DNA of 64,000 nt from Macrostomum lignano (lineage: Eukaryota): contig NIVC01001511.1 of assembly GCA_002269645.1 (NCBI GenBank), forward strand, positions 62,001 to 126,000, given 5' to 3'. Positions 1 through 11,600 of the stretch are shown one piece after another. Positions within the stretch are counted from its first letter, which is position 1. Each line of letters starts with the position of its first letter. The translations under genes and the position numbers were made by a program. The notes below the pieces were generated by a model that was not told where the DNA came from, ran no database searches, and saw nothing but the letters and a program-made list of their open reading frames with translations.

Positions 1-72
<72 letters not shown>
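1..72 (+). repeat. (TCTG)n microsatellite
   Basis: Direct reading. Confidence 0.95.
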
Positions 73-73
<1 letters not shown>

Positions 74-175
74 TGTAGTTATGCCTTATTCTCCCAAACA
101 TCTATCGTTTGTTGTTCTATCTGAATAACACAGTGATTTGAGTCACTTCTTCACTCGCTCAATCTGTCCACCCAG

Positions 176-3100
176 ACGGCTCCCTGGACCCGGCCACGCC
201 GCTCGGAAGCCACGCACGCCTGGGAATGTTCGTCAGTCCAAGTGCCGAGTTTCGGTGAGTCCCACAGCTGCGAAATCAAATCCCACAGCGCTGGTTGTGC
301 GAGGATTAACTCGATTCAATAAAGTTCAGAAAGTTTTGTCGTTAAGAGCAGATATTAGCTCGTAGTTCCGGCGAGATGAATTTCCATTTTCAGTTACTTC
401 CGCCTTCACCCCGCTCTGGCCGCCTGTTTCGACGCCCTGATTGAATCTGTGTCGAACAAAGTGCGACAGAGCGCGGCTCCCGTGCTGGTGCAGCGGGCCT
501 ACCTCACCGAGTTCGAGGAGCGCGCCATGCTTGAGCCGGCCAGCGACGCCCGGGTCGGCGGTCACCCGGAGGGCGTCGCGATGCAGGTGGCTTTTGACTC
601 GGCCAGCCCGCTGTACCGGGCGGACCGGCACTCCGTCTGGAGACTGGCCGAGGCCGCCGCCACCATCTGCGCGCCGAGGTTTCACGAGCACCGCAGCCTG
701 TTCGGCGTCGGGGTGTACAATGACAGCGTGTACATCGACATGAGACCGGTGGCCAAGGTGAGGGGGTCACACAAGGTGAATCAGTTGGGGTCATCTCAGG
801 TGAATCAATTAGGGCCATCTACGGTGAATCAATTGGGGTCATCTACGATGAATCAATTGGGGTCATCTCCAGTGAATCAATTAGGGTCATCTCCAGTGAA
901 TCAATCGGGGTCATCTCCAGTAAATCAAGTGGGGTCATCTCCAGTGAATCAAGTGGGGCCATCTCCAGTGAATCAAGTGGGGTCATCTCCAGTGAATCAA
1001 TTGGGTTCATCTCCAGTGAATCAATCGGGGTCATCTAAGGTGAATCAATCGGGGTCATCTCCAGTGAATCAATCGGGGTCATCTAAGGTGAATCAATCCG
1101 GGTCATCTCCAGTGAATCAATTGGTGTCATCTCAGGTGAATCAAAAATGGGTTAAAAAAGTGAATCAATTGGGGTAATCGCATGTGAGTCAACTGGGGAT
1201 TATCTAAAGGTGAATCAATTGGGGTCATACAAGGTGAACCAATTGGGGTCATACAAGGTGAATCAATTGGGGTCATACAAGGTGAACCAATTAGGGTCAT
1301 ACAAGGTGAACCAATTGGGGTCATACAAGGTGAACCAATTGGGGTCATACAAGGTGAACCAATTGGGGTCATACAAGGTGAACCAATTGGGGTCATCTTG
1401 GCGATTATCTAAAGTTGAATCAAAGTGAATTTCAAGCCTTTATGTGAATTCAGTCCCCAACTGTCTTTTATCCAGGTGTGGCTGCAGTGCTCACCGGAGA
1501 CCTCTCACTTCACCGTCTGCCCGCTGAAGCCGCCTCCGTCAGCAGTCACCGTGGGCGCCAGTCGCAGCTCCGGCTCGGCCTCCGAGGACTTCAAAACCTA
1601 CTTGCTGGAGAAAGCGCTGCAGGCCATTCACGGCAGAGTTGTGGAGCCTTTGGCTGGAGATGAGAACTGCGAGTTCGACCAGCCGCCGCAAGGCCAGAGC
1701 CCCGACTTTCTGTACAGGTCGCCTCCCCCTCGGCCTCAGCCTGAGGGCGATGAAGCTTTCGGTGCGTCCGCGGAGCCATAAACCCCCACTCTGTCCCATG
1801 CGGAGCCATAACCCCCCACTCTGTCCCATGCGGAGCCATACACCCCCACTCTGTCCCATGCGGAGCCATAACCCCCCACTCTGTCCCATGCGGAGCCATA
1901 CACCCCCACTCTGTCCCATGCGGAGCCATACACCCCCACTCTGTCCCATGCGGAGCCATAAACCCCCACTCTGTCCCATGCCGAGCCATAAACCCCCACT
2001 CTGTCCCATGCGGAGCCATAAACCCCCCACTGTGTCTCACACGGAACCATAAACCTCACCCTGTCTCACACGGAACCATAAACTTCACCCTGTCTCACAC
2101 GGAACCATAAACCTCACCCTGTCTCACACGGAACCATAAACCTCACCCTGTCTCACACGGAACCATAAACTTCACCCTGTCTCACACGGAACCATAAACT
2201 TCACCCTGTCTCACACGGAACCATAAACCCCCCACTGTGTCTCACACGGAACCATAAACCTCACCCTGTCTCACACGGAACCATAAACCTCACCCTGTCT
2301 CACACGGAACCATAAACTTCACCCTGTCTCACACGGAACCATAAACTTTACCCTTTCTCATGCGCCATAAACCCCACCCTGTCTCATGCGCCATAAACCC
2401 CACCCTGTCTCATGCGGAGCCATAAACCCCCAGTCAAACCCCAGACAAAGCCATTTACCTCAGACGGGGCTGCAAAAACTCCAGACCGAGCTCGTAAATC
2501 CTTCTCAAACCCTGCAGCCACCCCATCAGCCACCGAGTGCCACTGGGGCAGCTCATCGGAGTTCTGCTCAAAGTCGCACTCCACCAGAGCCGCCCAGCTC
2601 GCCCACCTGTGGTCGGACATCTCGGCCAAGCACCTGCTGGCCGGCTCCGACAGAGTGCGCCAGGCCATGGAGGACTGCCTGCTCACCTGCGCCAGCGCCG
2701 GCTGCATTGACAAAGCCGACGGTCCCTGGAGCAGCAAGCTGGCGGCCTGCGAGAACCTCGCGCACTGGCTGCCCTTCCAGCTGGAGAACAACCTGCCGGG
2801 CCGGCTGAGCAACTTGTACACCCCGGGTGATCGCGAGCTGCGCCAGCTAGCCTGCTACTCTGGCGAACACTGTGTGGACTGGTCGCCGTTGCACTCCCTG
2901 CTTGGCCCCGTGCTGGCCGGCTGGTTCCGGCCAAAACCGGACGGCGTGGCCAAGGAACTGCTGTTCGACGCCGAGGGAAATCCAAGTCCGCTTCCGGGCA
3001 TTGTGCGGCGTCTGTATGCGCACTATGCCAGAGGGGATGTGAGCGATTCTGGTTGTGCATTGACCTTGTTGCAATCTTATCTGTCCTATCTGAGTCTTGT

Positions 3101-5565
3101 CTGAGTCTTGTCTGAGTCTTATCTGAGTCTTGTCTGAGTCTTATCTGAGTCTTGTCTGAGTCTTATCTGAGTCTTGTCTGAGTCTTATCTGAGTCTTGTC
3201 TGAGTCTTAATCTTATCTGAGTCTTGTCTGAGTCTAAATTCCTTTGACTAAATTCCTAAATTCCTTCCTAAATTCCTAAATTCCTTCTGTTTGTGCATTG
3301 ACCTTGTTGCAATCTTATCTGTCCTATCTGAGTCTTGTCTGAGTCTTATCTGAGTCTTATCTGAGTCTTGTCTGAGTCTTGTCTGAGTCTTATCTGTGTC
3401 CTGTCTTAGTCTTATCTGAGTCTCATCTGAGTCTCATCTGAGTCTTATCTGAGTCTTATCTGAGTCTTATCTGAGTCTTGTCTGAGTCTTGTCTGAGTCT
3501 TGTCTGAGTCTTGTCTGAGTCTTATCTATGTCTTGTCTGAGTCTTATCTGAGTCCTAAATTCCTGAATAAACGTACATTATAAGTAGCATTTTTATTCAG
3601 GAATTTTGCAGGCATAGAAGTGCCAGTGCAGCCAACCACAACATGTGGAACATTGCAGGATTCAACAGAACCCCTTGTTCGCTTTCACGAATAAAATCTC
3701 AGTCAAAATCTTTGGCCAAAAGAAGGAAATTATCTTGTGTCTTTTTGTCCGATTTCGCCTTGCAAGCCGAATCAATCAATGCGGCATTGAGCATTTGGGA
3801 GGAAGGAACCATGAGGAAGAATTCACATGAATGATTTCGGAAATTGTGTTCAGGAATATGAAAATATGGTGTCTATTTTTAGGCTGGGCGTGGCTCTTTT
3901 TTAGGATGGCAAATTAGGAGACGTCTCGAGCTGTTTTACGATTCGATCCATTTTTATTAGGTTTTTATTGTGTGCCACGTGGACTCTGCCTGCAAGTTTC
4001 GCTGTATGGCTGGTTAATAGATTTTAGGAGGTTTTAGGGCTCTAGCCTAGCAGAGCCGATCGGATTCACAACTGAAAGGTCGGGGTTCGATTCTCGACCC
4101 ATTGAGTAGGTTCCAAGTGCATGAATATGTTGGATTGAATAGCATAACTTACTATTATTATATAAGAATACCAACATTATAGTTTATTATTCATCCATGC
4201 TCGTAAGCGTCGAATTTCATGTCGGAAAATGAGAGCGGCTATATTTTGTGATTTAAGCATTCAGCAATTCACCAATAAGGTATTTCATCCATATTTCAGC
4301 AAGTAATGCACCTTTTATGTTCAATTTCGATCAAAGTCAAGTTCTGAAAAAGAAGCTAGCGGAAATTCGATTCAAAACAGACAGAGCCGTTGCAATTCAA
4401 GCATTTACGGTAGGCTTTCTGTCTATGGCTAAAGGCAGTCATTTGTTAACTATTCAATCCCCGGCATGGCCCAGCCGACTTCATGGACAAAGAAACGTTT
4501 TTGGGGGTATTATTTACATTTTATGCTTCTTCAGGTTGTCAGTCTGTTTCTTTTGTGAGTATAAAAATTCCTGATGCTGATATTTGTCTCAGTGCCAAAG
4601 CAAGTATTTTGAGCTTCAAACAACCTCAGAAAGATCAAGATGAGCCCCAGAACTGTGGACCATATACTAGGCTTGCGATCGAAGCGCTCGACAGAGGTGA
4701 ACACCCAAATGACACTGCAAGGTTGCTGAATTTAAAAGAAAATATGGTTTACAGCATCCATCAGCGCGTTGAAATCACTGCTGGGCGAGATCGCCTACGA
4801 AAGGGTGGCAAATTGCAGAAATGCAGCAGAAGTTAAAGGAACAGTCCCATTTGGTTATCAGATTTTGACTATGACCAGAGCTCTGGAAAAGCGACTGAAA
4901 ACTGTTGGTACAGACAAGGACATTCCAGCGGTACGCAACAACCGCAGACTGTTGCGAGAAGGCAGGAATTGGCCGAATGGCTCACGAGTGTTTGGACCAA
5001 GTTGGTGCTTGTTGGACCAAATTAAATGCTACTGTGCCAGCCTTGCTACCATAGACAAAATTTATCTTGGATTAAATTCAGTGCGTGTAGGCCCAAATGA
5101 GTCACAGTTGTACTTTCTGTGATAAGAATTCTTGTACCTGTACGTCTTGACACAATTCATGAGTTGTTCTAATCCGACGTAAATCCTATTCTAATCTACA
5201 AAAACGTCACAATTTCTCACACAATGCAGGTGAAAGTCTGGCTGCGAGATGAAGCAGACGTCAAGAGCATGCTCGCCGAGCTGAAGGTGCTCTTCCTGTA
5301 CAACAGGCGAGTCACCCCGGTGACGATCTTCGTGCTGGACGGCCGCTCGGTCAGCCAAGTGGCATCGCAGCTGGACACGGAGTTCGGTGACTGGCTTCAG
5401 CTGGCCTGCCCCGCCAACTCAAGGAGCTACCTGACGATCCACCGCGTGCTGCCGGTGGATCAACGAGCCGCTGTCGTGTCAGCGGCGCTTCGGGCGTCAG
5501 AGGACGCTGAAGTCGAGCTGGCGATGCACCCGTCGCTGGACGGCTTCGACCTCAACCACCTGTGA
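176..5565 (+). CDS. Multi-exon gene 1 (5' end outside or upstream of the first visible exon): uncharacterised protein with a degenerate peptidase M15A / Hedgehog-N-like (DD-peptidase fold) domain followed by a Cys-containing C-terminal region
   Basis: Exons 176-254, 394-757, 1476-1761, 2464-3038 and 5230-5565 (stop TGA) all have GT..AG boundaries with matching phases (2,0,1,0). Spliced protein: ...GSLDPATPLGSHARLGMFVSPSAEFR|YFRLHPALAACFDALIES...APVLVQRAY...GGHPEGVAMQVAF...FGVGVYNDSVYIDMRPVAK|VWLQC... The motif order resembles M15A (ld.Ll..Le / SGYR / H..G.A.Di / GvG.Y..FvHiD.r..W). Domain call is by eye. Confidence 0.8.
771..1398 (+). repeat. 21-bp minisatellite (GTGAATCAATTGGGGTCATCT/ACAAG variants) in intron of gene 1
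   Basis: Direct reading; two sub-blocks. Confidence 0.9.
1770..2430 (+). repeat. 30-bp then 29-bp minisatellite (CGGAGCCATAAACCCCCACTCTGTCCCATG family) in intron of gene 1
   Basis: Direct reading. Confidence 0.9.
3089..3555 (+). repeat. 11-bp (TCTGAGTCTTR)n array, interrupted at ~3235-3325
   Basis: Direct reading. Confidence 0.9.
4041..4101 (+). mobile_element. Truncated head of the same SINE family
   Basis: GAAAGGTCGGGGTTCGATTCTCGACCCA is near-identical to 5645-5673. Confidence 0.6.
4660..4836 (+). pseudogene. Possible decayed Tc1/mariner-type transposase N-terminal HTH fragment within an intron
   Basis: LAIEALDRGEHPNDTARLLNLKENMVYSIHQRVEITAG resembles a transposase HTH by eye. No DDE domain or TIRs were found. 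Confidence 0.3.
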
Positions 5566-5601
5566 TGGACAGAATTGAGACACTGTTTCTCGGAAACTGT
5601 T

Positions 5602-5898
5602 GGAGGGTTGCAGCCTTGTGGCTAGAGAGTCGGGCTTGCGAGTGAAAGGTCGGGGGTTCGATTCTCGACCCAACTCGGAACAATTTGTGTCCTTGAGCAA
5701 GACACTTAACTCTGCATTGCTTCAGTTCACCCAGCTGTAAAATGGGTGCCAGCATTAGCTGGGGTAATTAATCCCAGTCCTTGGACTGAACAGCCGTACG
5801 CAGCCTTCAGATGTGTCCCCCGCAATAGCTGCGGCTGAGCTGTCGGTTGCACATCTGGTTATTAGGGCAGGTGTAATCAATTATTATTATTATTATTA
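5602..5898 (+). mobile_element. tRNA-derived SINE with a CORE-like central domain and (ATT)n tail
   Basis: A-box-like TGGCTAGAGAGTCGG (~5619), B-box GGTTCGATTC (5655-5664), central GTGTCCTTGAGCAAGACACTTAAC...CAGCTGTAAAATGGG resembling the MIR/CORE consensus as I recall it, a 3' hairpin CAGATGTG...CACATCTG, and a tail ATTATTATTATTATT (~5879-5898). Confidence 0.75.
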
Positions 5899-6473
5899 GG
5901 AGGTTTAGCAATTTAGGATATTTTTTAAAGTCCCAGACTCTCAGTAAAAAATTAACGTTTTTCGTTGAAAAACTGATAGAAAGATTGAATGTGCAGCAGA
6001 TGTCCTGTAAAGTTTACTTGTTTAAAAATTGTTTATGATTTTGTTTATGAGTACTTAATTTAAAGGCTGTTATTAATGATTAATGATATTTTGGAAACTT
6101 AGGTAAAAAACTAATTTTTAGTTAGCTTAGATCATTTAGACACAAAGTCCGGCCCTTCAACAGTTTTCCAAAGAACAGTGCGCAAATTTCACGCCACTAT
6201 TTGATCATATTTAAGTATCTGAGTGAACATTCTCAACTCACCCAAGGCTCTGTAATAAGCCAATAAGAATTATTTAATTATTTTATGTACTTTCCTATAT
6301 CAGATGCATTGCTTAATTTAAGTTGCTGCAGCCTGCGGTTTGGTGACACAATGCTGACCATTGATTGTATCTTTCTTAATTGCTAATTTCATAACTAAAT
6401 TAATAAGAGGCTAGGAGGTAGCTCGCTATTTTCATAATTTATTTTAATTGTCTTTTGTGTTGCCTTTTATATC

Positions 6474-7290
6474 TTCTCCTTTCATCTCCTCTACCCTTCA
6501 TCTCCTCTACCCTTCATCTCCCCCATCCTTCATCTCCCCCACCCTTTATCTCCTCTACCCTTCATCTCCCCATCCTTCATCTCCCCCACCCTTTATCTCC
6601 TCTACCCTTCATCTCCTCAACCCTTCATCTCCTCAACCCTTCATCTCCTCAACCCTTCATCTCCACTACCCTTCATCTCCTCAACCCTTCATCTCCACTG
6701 CCCTTCATCTCCTCAACCCTTCATCTCCTCAACCCTTCATCTCTACTACCCTTCATCTCCTCAACCCTTCATCTCCTCAACCCTTCATCTCCTCAACCCT
6801 TCATCTCCTCAACCCTTCATCTCCTCAACCCTTCATCTCCTCAACCCTTCATCTCCTCAACCCTTCATCTCCACTACCCTTCATCTCCTCTACCCTTCAT
6901 CTCCTCAACCCTTCATCTCCTCAACCCTTCATCTCCACTACCCTTCATCTCCTCTACCCTTCATCTCCTCAACCCTTCATCTCCTCTACCCTTCATCTCC
7001 TCAACCCTTCATCTCCACTACCCTTCATCTCCTCTACCCTTCATCTCCTCAACCCTTCATCTCCTCAACCCTTCATCTCCTCAACCCTTCATCTCCTCAA
7101 CCCTTCATCTCCTCAACCCTTCATCTCCTCAACCCTTCATCTCCTCAACCCTTCATCTCCACTACCCTTCATCTCCTCAACCTTTCATCTTCTCAACCTT
7201 TCATCTCCTCAACCCTTCATCTCCCCAATCCTTCATCTCCACTACCCTTCATCTTCTCAACCCTTCATCTCCACTACCCTTCATCTCCTC
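6474..7290 (+). repeat. 16-bp (CCCTTCATCTCCTCAA)n array
   Basis: Direct reading. Confidence 0.9.
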
Positions 7291-8096
7291 CACTCTTCAT
7301 CTCGTCGGACTCTTCATATCCTCCGCCCTTCATCTCCTCCCCTCCTCTCTTCCACATTACACATCCTTCAATCTGCGTCTGTTCTGCCTTTTATCTTTAT
7401 CTATTTATCTTTGCTTTCTTCCATCTCACGCTTCACTGTCGTAAATGGCCTCTCATTGCACAGCTAAACTGAGCAGGGGAGCTTGGATTAGAGACTTTCC
7501 CAGCTCGTGAAATTTCGAGATTTTAAAGTTAAAGTCTGATTCATGCTCGCCTCAGTGTCGTGAAGATATCAAAATTCAAATTCATAAAATCCTTGGGCCT
7601 CACAGCCGTGGAAGCGTGGGGACGCAAGATGGGTGGATCCCCAGATTCCCTGCATTTCGGACAGGTGGCCGAGCGACACGGCAGGGAAGTTGCGAGTCTC
7701 CAGGTGCGAGCGTGAACTGGGCGGGGCCGGGTCGGGGAATACGAAGAGACGAGAGAGGGTGTTCTCCCCTCCCCGACTCCGCTTCCCTGTGATACTCAAA
7801 GCCTCATCCCGTGCTCAGCTGCAGCTACTCATCTACTCCTGACTTCCCGCCCCTAAGTGATCCCCGTCTCCCGCTCCCCCCGTTACACACCTGTCAGTCG
7901 GGTCTCAGCTCTCACGCGGCGGCTAAAATCCTCATTTCTATACTCCTGAGCGAATCAGGACGCGCAGTTCTCGGAAACAACCAAAAATTCCAATCCTACG
8001 CTAAGCTCAATGCAGCGGCAGTAAAAGCCGTGCCGTCTCAACCGACTGCTGCAATCTGCCTCGCATCACTCCCTCCCTGTCTCGCCGCTGATCAGA

Positions 8097-8636
8097 ATGG
8101 GCCAAAGCAACTCTGTTGAGCGGGTGTTCACTCCGCCGAAGTTCACCAGCTCCTACGGCCACTGCGCCCTGCACGTGTCGCATGAAATCGGTGATCTGTG
8201 CGGCAGCAGCGGCGGCACTGGCGACTGGGACGTCGACACCGGCAGCAAAGCTGGCGGCCTTGACGTTCTCTACGGCGACTCGGAGCTCTCCGGCCTGCTG
8301 ATGAAAGCTTTGCTGGCTCATGTTGGCGGCAGCTCCAAGGACCTTCAGCCGTACGCCCGGCTGGTCAAGGACGGCTGGCAGAGAGTCTCGTGCGCCCGCC
8401 TGCTGCGCCCGATGCCCACGGTGGAGCCGGTGGAGCCGCTGTGCAGGAAGCGCTACAGCTTCCTCTGCGACTTCCTGGCCAGCCTCTACGCCAACGGCTA
8501 CCGCGTGCTGGCCGGCATCAAACTGCTGCGGAAGCACGATGGACTCAACTTGAGCTCCATCCTGCTGGAGCAGGTGCGGAAAGAGGAAGGCCAGGACGCC
8601 GAGGAGGTGAGCGAGTCAATTTATTATTAATATTAT

Positions 8637-8683
<47 letters not shown>

Positions 8684-11600
8684 TCAAATTTTCCAGATGA
8701 AATTTTCCGTCATAGATTTGCACGGAGAAGACACACTAATGGTCTGGTTCGCCCCTCGCGACCTACAAAATGACATAACTGAGATTTTCGATCGGTACTG
8801 CAATCATGAGTACAGGAGAATCGAAATCAGTGAGACGTGTCTCCACCTGGTTGCCAAGGACTCGATCTGGTTCACTGGCAAGGGCAGCAGCATGGAGATC
8901 AAGGACATGGGTCGCTACATTCTGCTTCGCCTGATCGAGTCGGCCATCGGTCGTGGATTCTGGCCGGAAGTGGCGCTGAACCTTGGACAGAACGACACTC
9001 TGGTTAGAACAAGCATACTACTGCTAGTACCATGAATGCATAACCAACTATTTAAATTTGTTATTTCTATTAGTTGGTTGGTTGGTTGGTTGGTTGGTTG
9101 GTTGGTTGGTTGGTTGGTTGGTTGGTTGGTTGGTTGGTTGGTTGGTTGGTTGGTTGGTTGGTTGGTTGGTTGGTTGGTTGGTTGGTTGGTTGGTTGGTTG
9201 GTTGGTTGGTTGGTTGGTTGGTTGGTTGGTTGGTTGGTTGGTTGGTTGGTTGGTTGGTTGGTTGGTTGGTTGGTTGGTTGGTTGGTTGGTTGGTTGGTTG
9301 GTTGGTTGGTTGGTTGGTTGGTTGGTTGGTTGGTTGGTTGGTTGGTTGGTTGGTTGGTTGGTTGGTTGGTTGGTTGGTTGGTTGGTTGGTTGGTTGGTTG
9401 GTTGGTTGGTTGGTTGGTTGGTTGGTTGGTTGGTTGGTTGGTTGGTTGGTTGGTTGGTTGGTTGGTTGGTTGGTTGGTTGGTTGGTTGGTTGGTTGGTTG
9501 GTTGGTTGGTTGGTTGGTTGGTTGGTTGGTTGGTTGGTTGGTTGGTTGGTTGGTTGGTTGGTTGGTTGGTTGGTTGGTTGGTTGGTTGGTTGGTTGCTTG
9601 GTTGCTTGGTTGCTTGGTTGGTTGGTTGGTTGGTTGGTTGGTTGGTTGGTTGGTTGGTTGGTTGGTTGCTTGGTTGGTTGGTTGGTTGGTTGGTTGGTTG
9701 GTTGGTTGGTTGGTTGGTTGGTTGGTTGGTTGGTTGGTTGGTTGCTTGGTTGGTTGGTTGGTTGGTTGGTTGGTTGGTTGGTTGGTTGGTTGGTTGGTTG
9801 GTTGGTTGGTTGGTTGGTTGGTTGGTTGGTTGGTTGGTTGCTTGGTTGCTTGGTTGGCTGCTTGGTTGCTTGGTTGCTTGGTTGCTTGGTTGCTTGGTTG
9901 CTTGGTTAGTTGTTTTGCTGGTTGGTTCGTTTTGGTTGGCTGGTTGTTTTATTTTCTCTATACAAAATAACGATTAAAACTCCAATCCAGGTGATGAGGA
10001 AAGCCCCAGAAAAGTGTCTCGAGCTCACGGACACGCGCCTGCTGATGGTGTCTTTGGAGCGGAAAAATTGTATTCGACTGGTTTCGTCCGACAATTCCTC
10101 TGTCAAGTGGTGCCTCGACGTGACTCAGAAGTTTTGGAACCAGACGGAGTTCGGCGGGGTCAAGTCAGTGTCCAACTACAGCCACTCGGTTCTCGTTGAG
10201 CTCAACGTCCAGATCTGGCGGGTGCACTACTTTGATGAGAGAAGCATGTACGGCAAGTTGTATCTGGTGCGACTGTTCACCGACGCGCTGCAGGTGAGAC
10301 ACTCTGCTGTTGTGTCGATGCTGTATCGGTCTGTAGGCTGCTGAAATTGTCTGTGAAGAAGCAGTGAAGATTCGCATCACAGGCACATGGATCAGAGGAG
10401 AATCTTGGGCTTAATATTAGAATTCAGTGTTTAATAACCTTCATAGACTACTCAGGATGTATAAGAAGTAAAATGGATCAGAAATTTCGCTAATTAGAAA
10501 AATTCCGTTCGTTGTTTCCATTTTCCCAAAGAATTATTTTTCTATATGTCTTCACGTACTTCGTAAACCTGTTGACAGCGTTTGATTCGATTTTCAAAGG
10601 ACTTTTCCGAGCAAGCAAATGTGAAATTGTTTCCTAGATTTGATCAGTGCTCTTAGTCTTGCAGAAAACATTATTTATTGAGATGATTTATAATGGCTCT
10701 GTGAAACTAATTATAAGAGATAAAGGGAATAACAAAACATACAATTAATCAACTCTGCACAGAAGCAAGGGCCTGGGATGTACGACGTATTTCTTATGAG
10801 CTTTGAAACCTACGATTTGGTCGCATAATAAGACTGCCCACAGAAGAGCCTGAAGGGACTCTATTGCAGTGTCTGCAATATTGTGGCTCACTGCTATTAC
10901 AAAAGAACTTCAAGCATGTCCGTCCACTGAGGCCAGAGCTCTGGCCTATCAGAGCGCACAAACTGATGGTCCCCCGGTTTCCACTTTCAGTGTTCCTCGA
11001 TGTCAATACGCTCGTAAACGAGACACCTCGTGCTTTTTGCCTGCTAGCCAACAAAATAAATGGGAAATGACTACCATATGCATGCAGCGCGTCCGACTCT
11101 CGTAGGTTCCCCTGGTTCGATTCCGCGTATGGCACGACAATCGGTCTTTATCGGCCGGACTCACACACACGCTCACACAGGGTGTACAGAGGCCCTGACT
11201 TTCCAAACGTCGGGCATGTACACTTTCTGTGTCTTGGGGGTTGACCCTGATGGGTGCGGAATCGTACGTCAAGCACCAGCCCCGAATGCATGCGGTCGCA
11301 CACGGAATCGAACCAGGGGTCGCGGCGCGAGAGAACTGCGGATCCGGTGCCAGCACCCCAAGCGAACTTCCCCCTTCCAGGACGGCTGGCGACCCATCCT
11401 GCGATTCGACAAGAACGACCACGCCAAGTCCAGCATCGTGTTCGGGCGCGCCCAGCCCGCCAAGTGCGCCGTGTTCTGCCTGGCCCTCATGGGCAAAGGC
11501 ATGCTGCGCGCCTGCAAAGCGCCGCTCGACGCTCGCTCGGCGATTCGTTCGGTCATCTTCGACACCTGGTACAAGGAGGTGTACACCGAGTTTACCAAGG

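Noticed and set aside
6448-7467. Long ORFs over tandem arrays (also 9036-9977, 31960-32790, 41664-43247, 43501-44271, 46001-46721, 49839-51305, 58133-58830)
   Set aside because: These are stop-free frames of simple repeats that are open on several frames or strands. They lie in introns or intergenic space and have no splice support.
11074-11133. Functional tRNA gene
   Set aside because: About 59 nt with an incomplete T-stem and no D-arm, so it is only a tRNA-like fragment.
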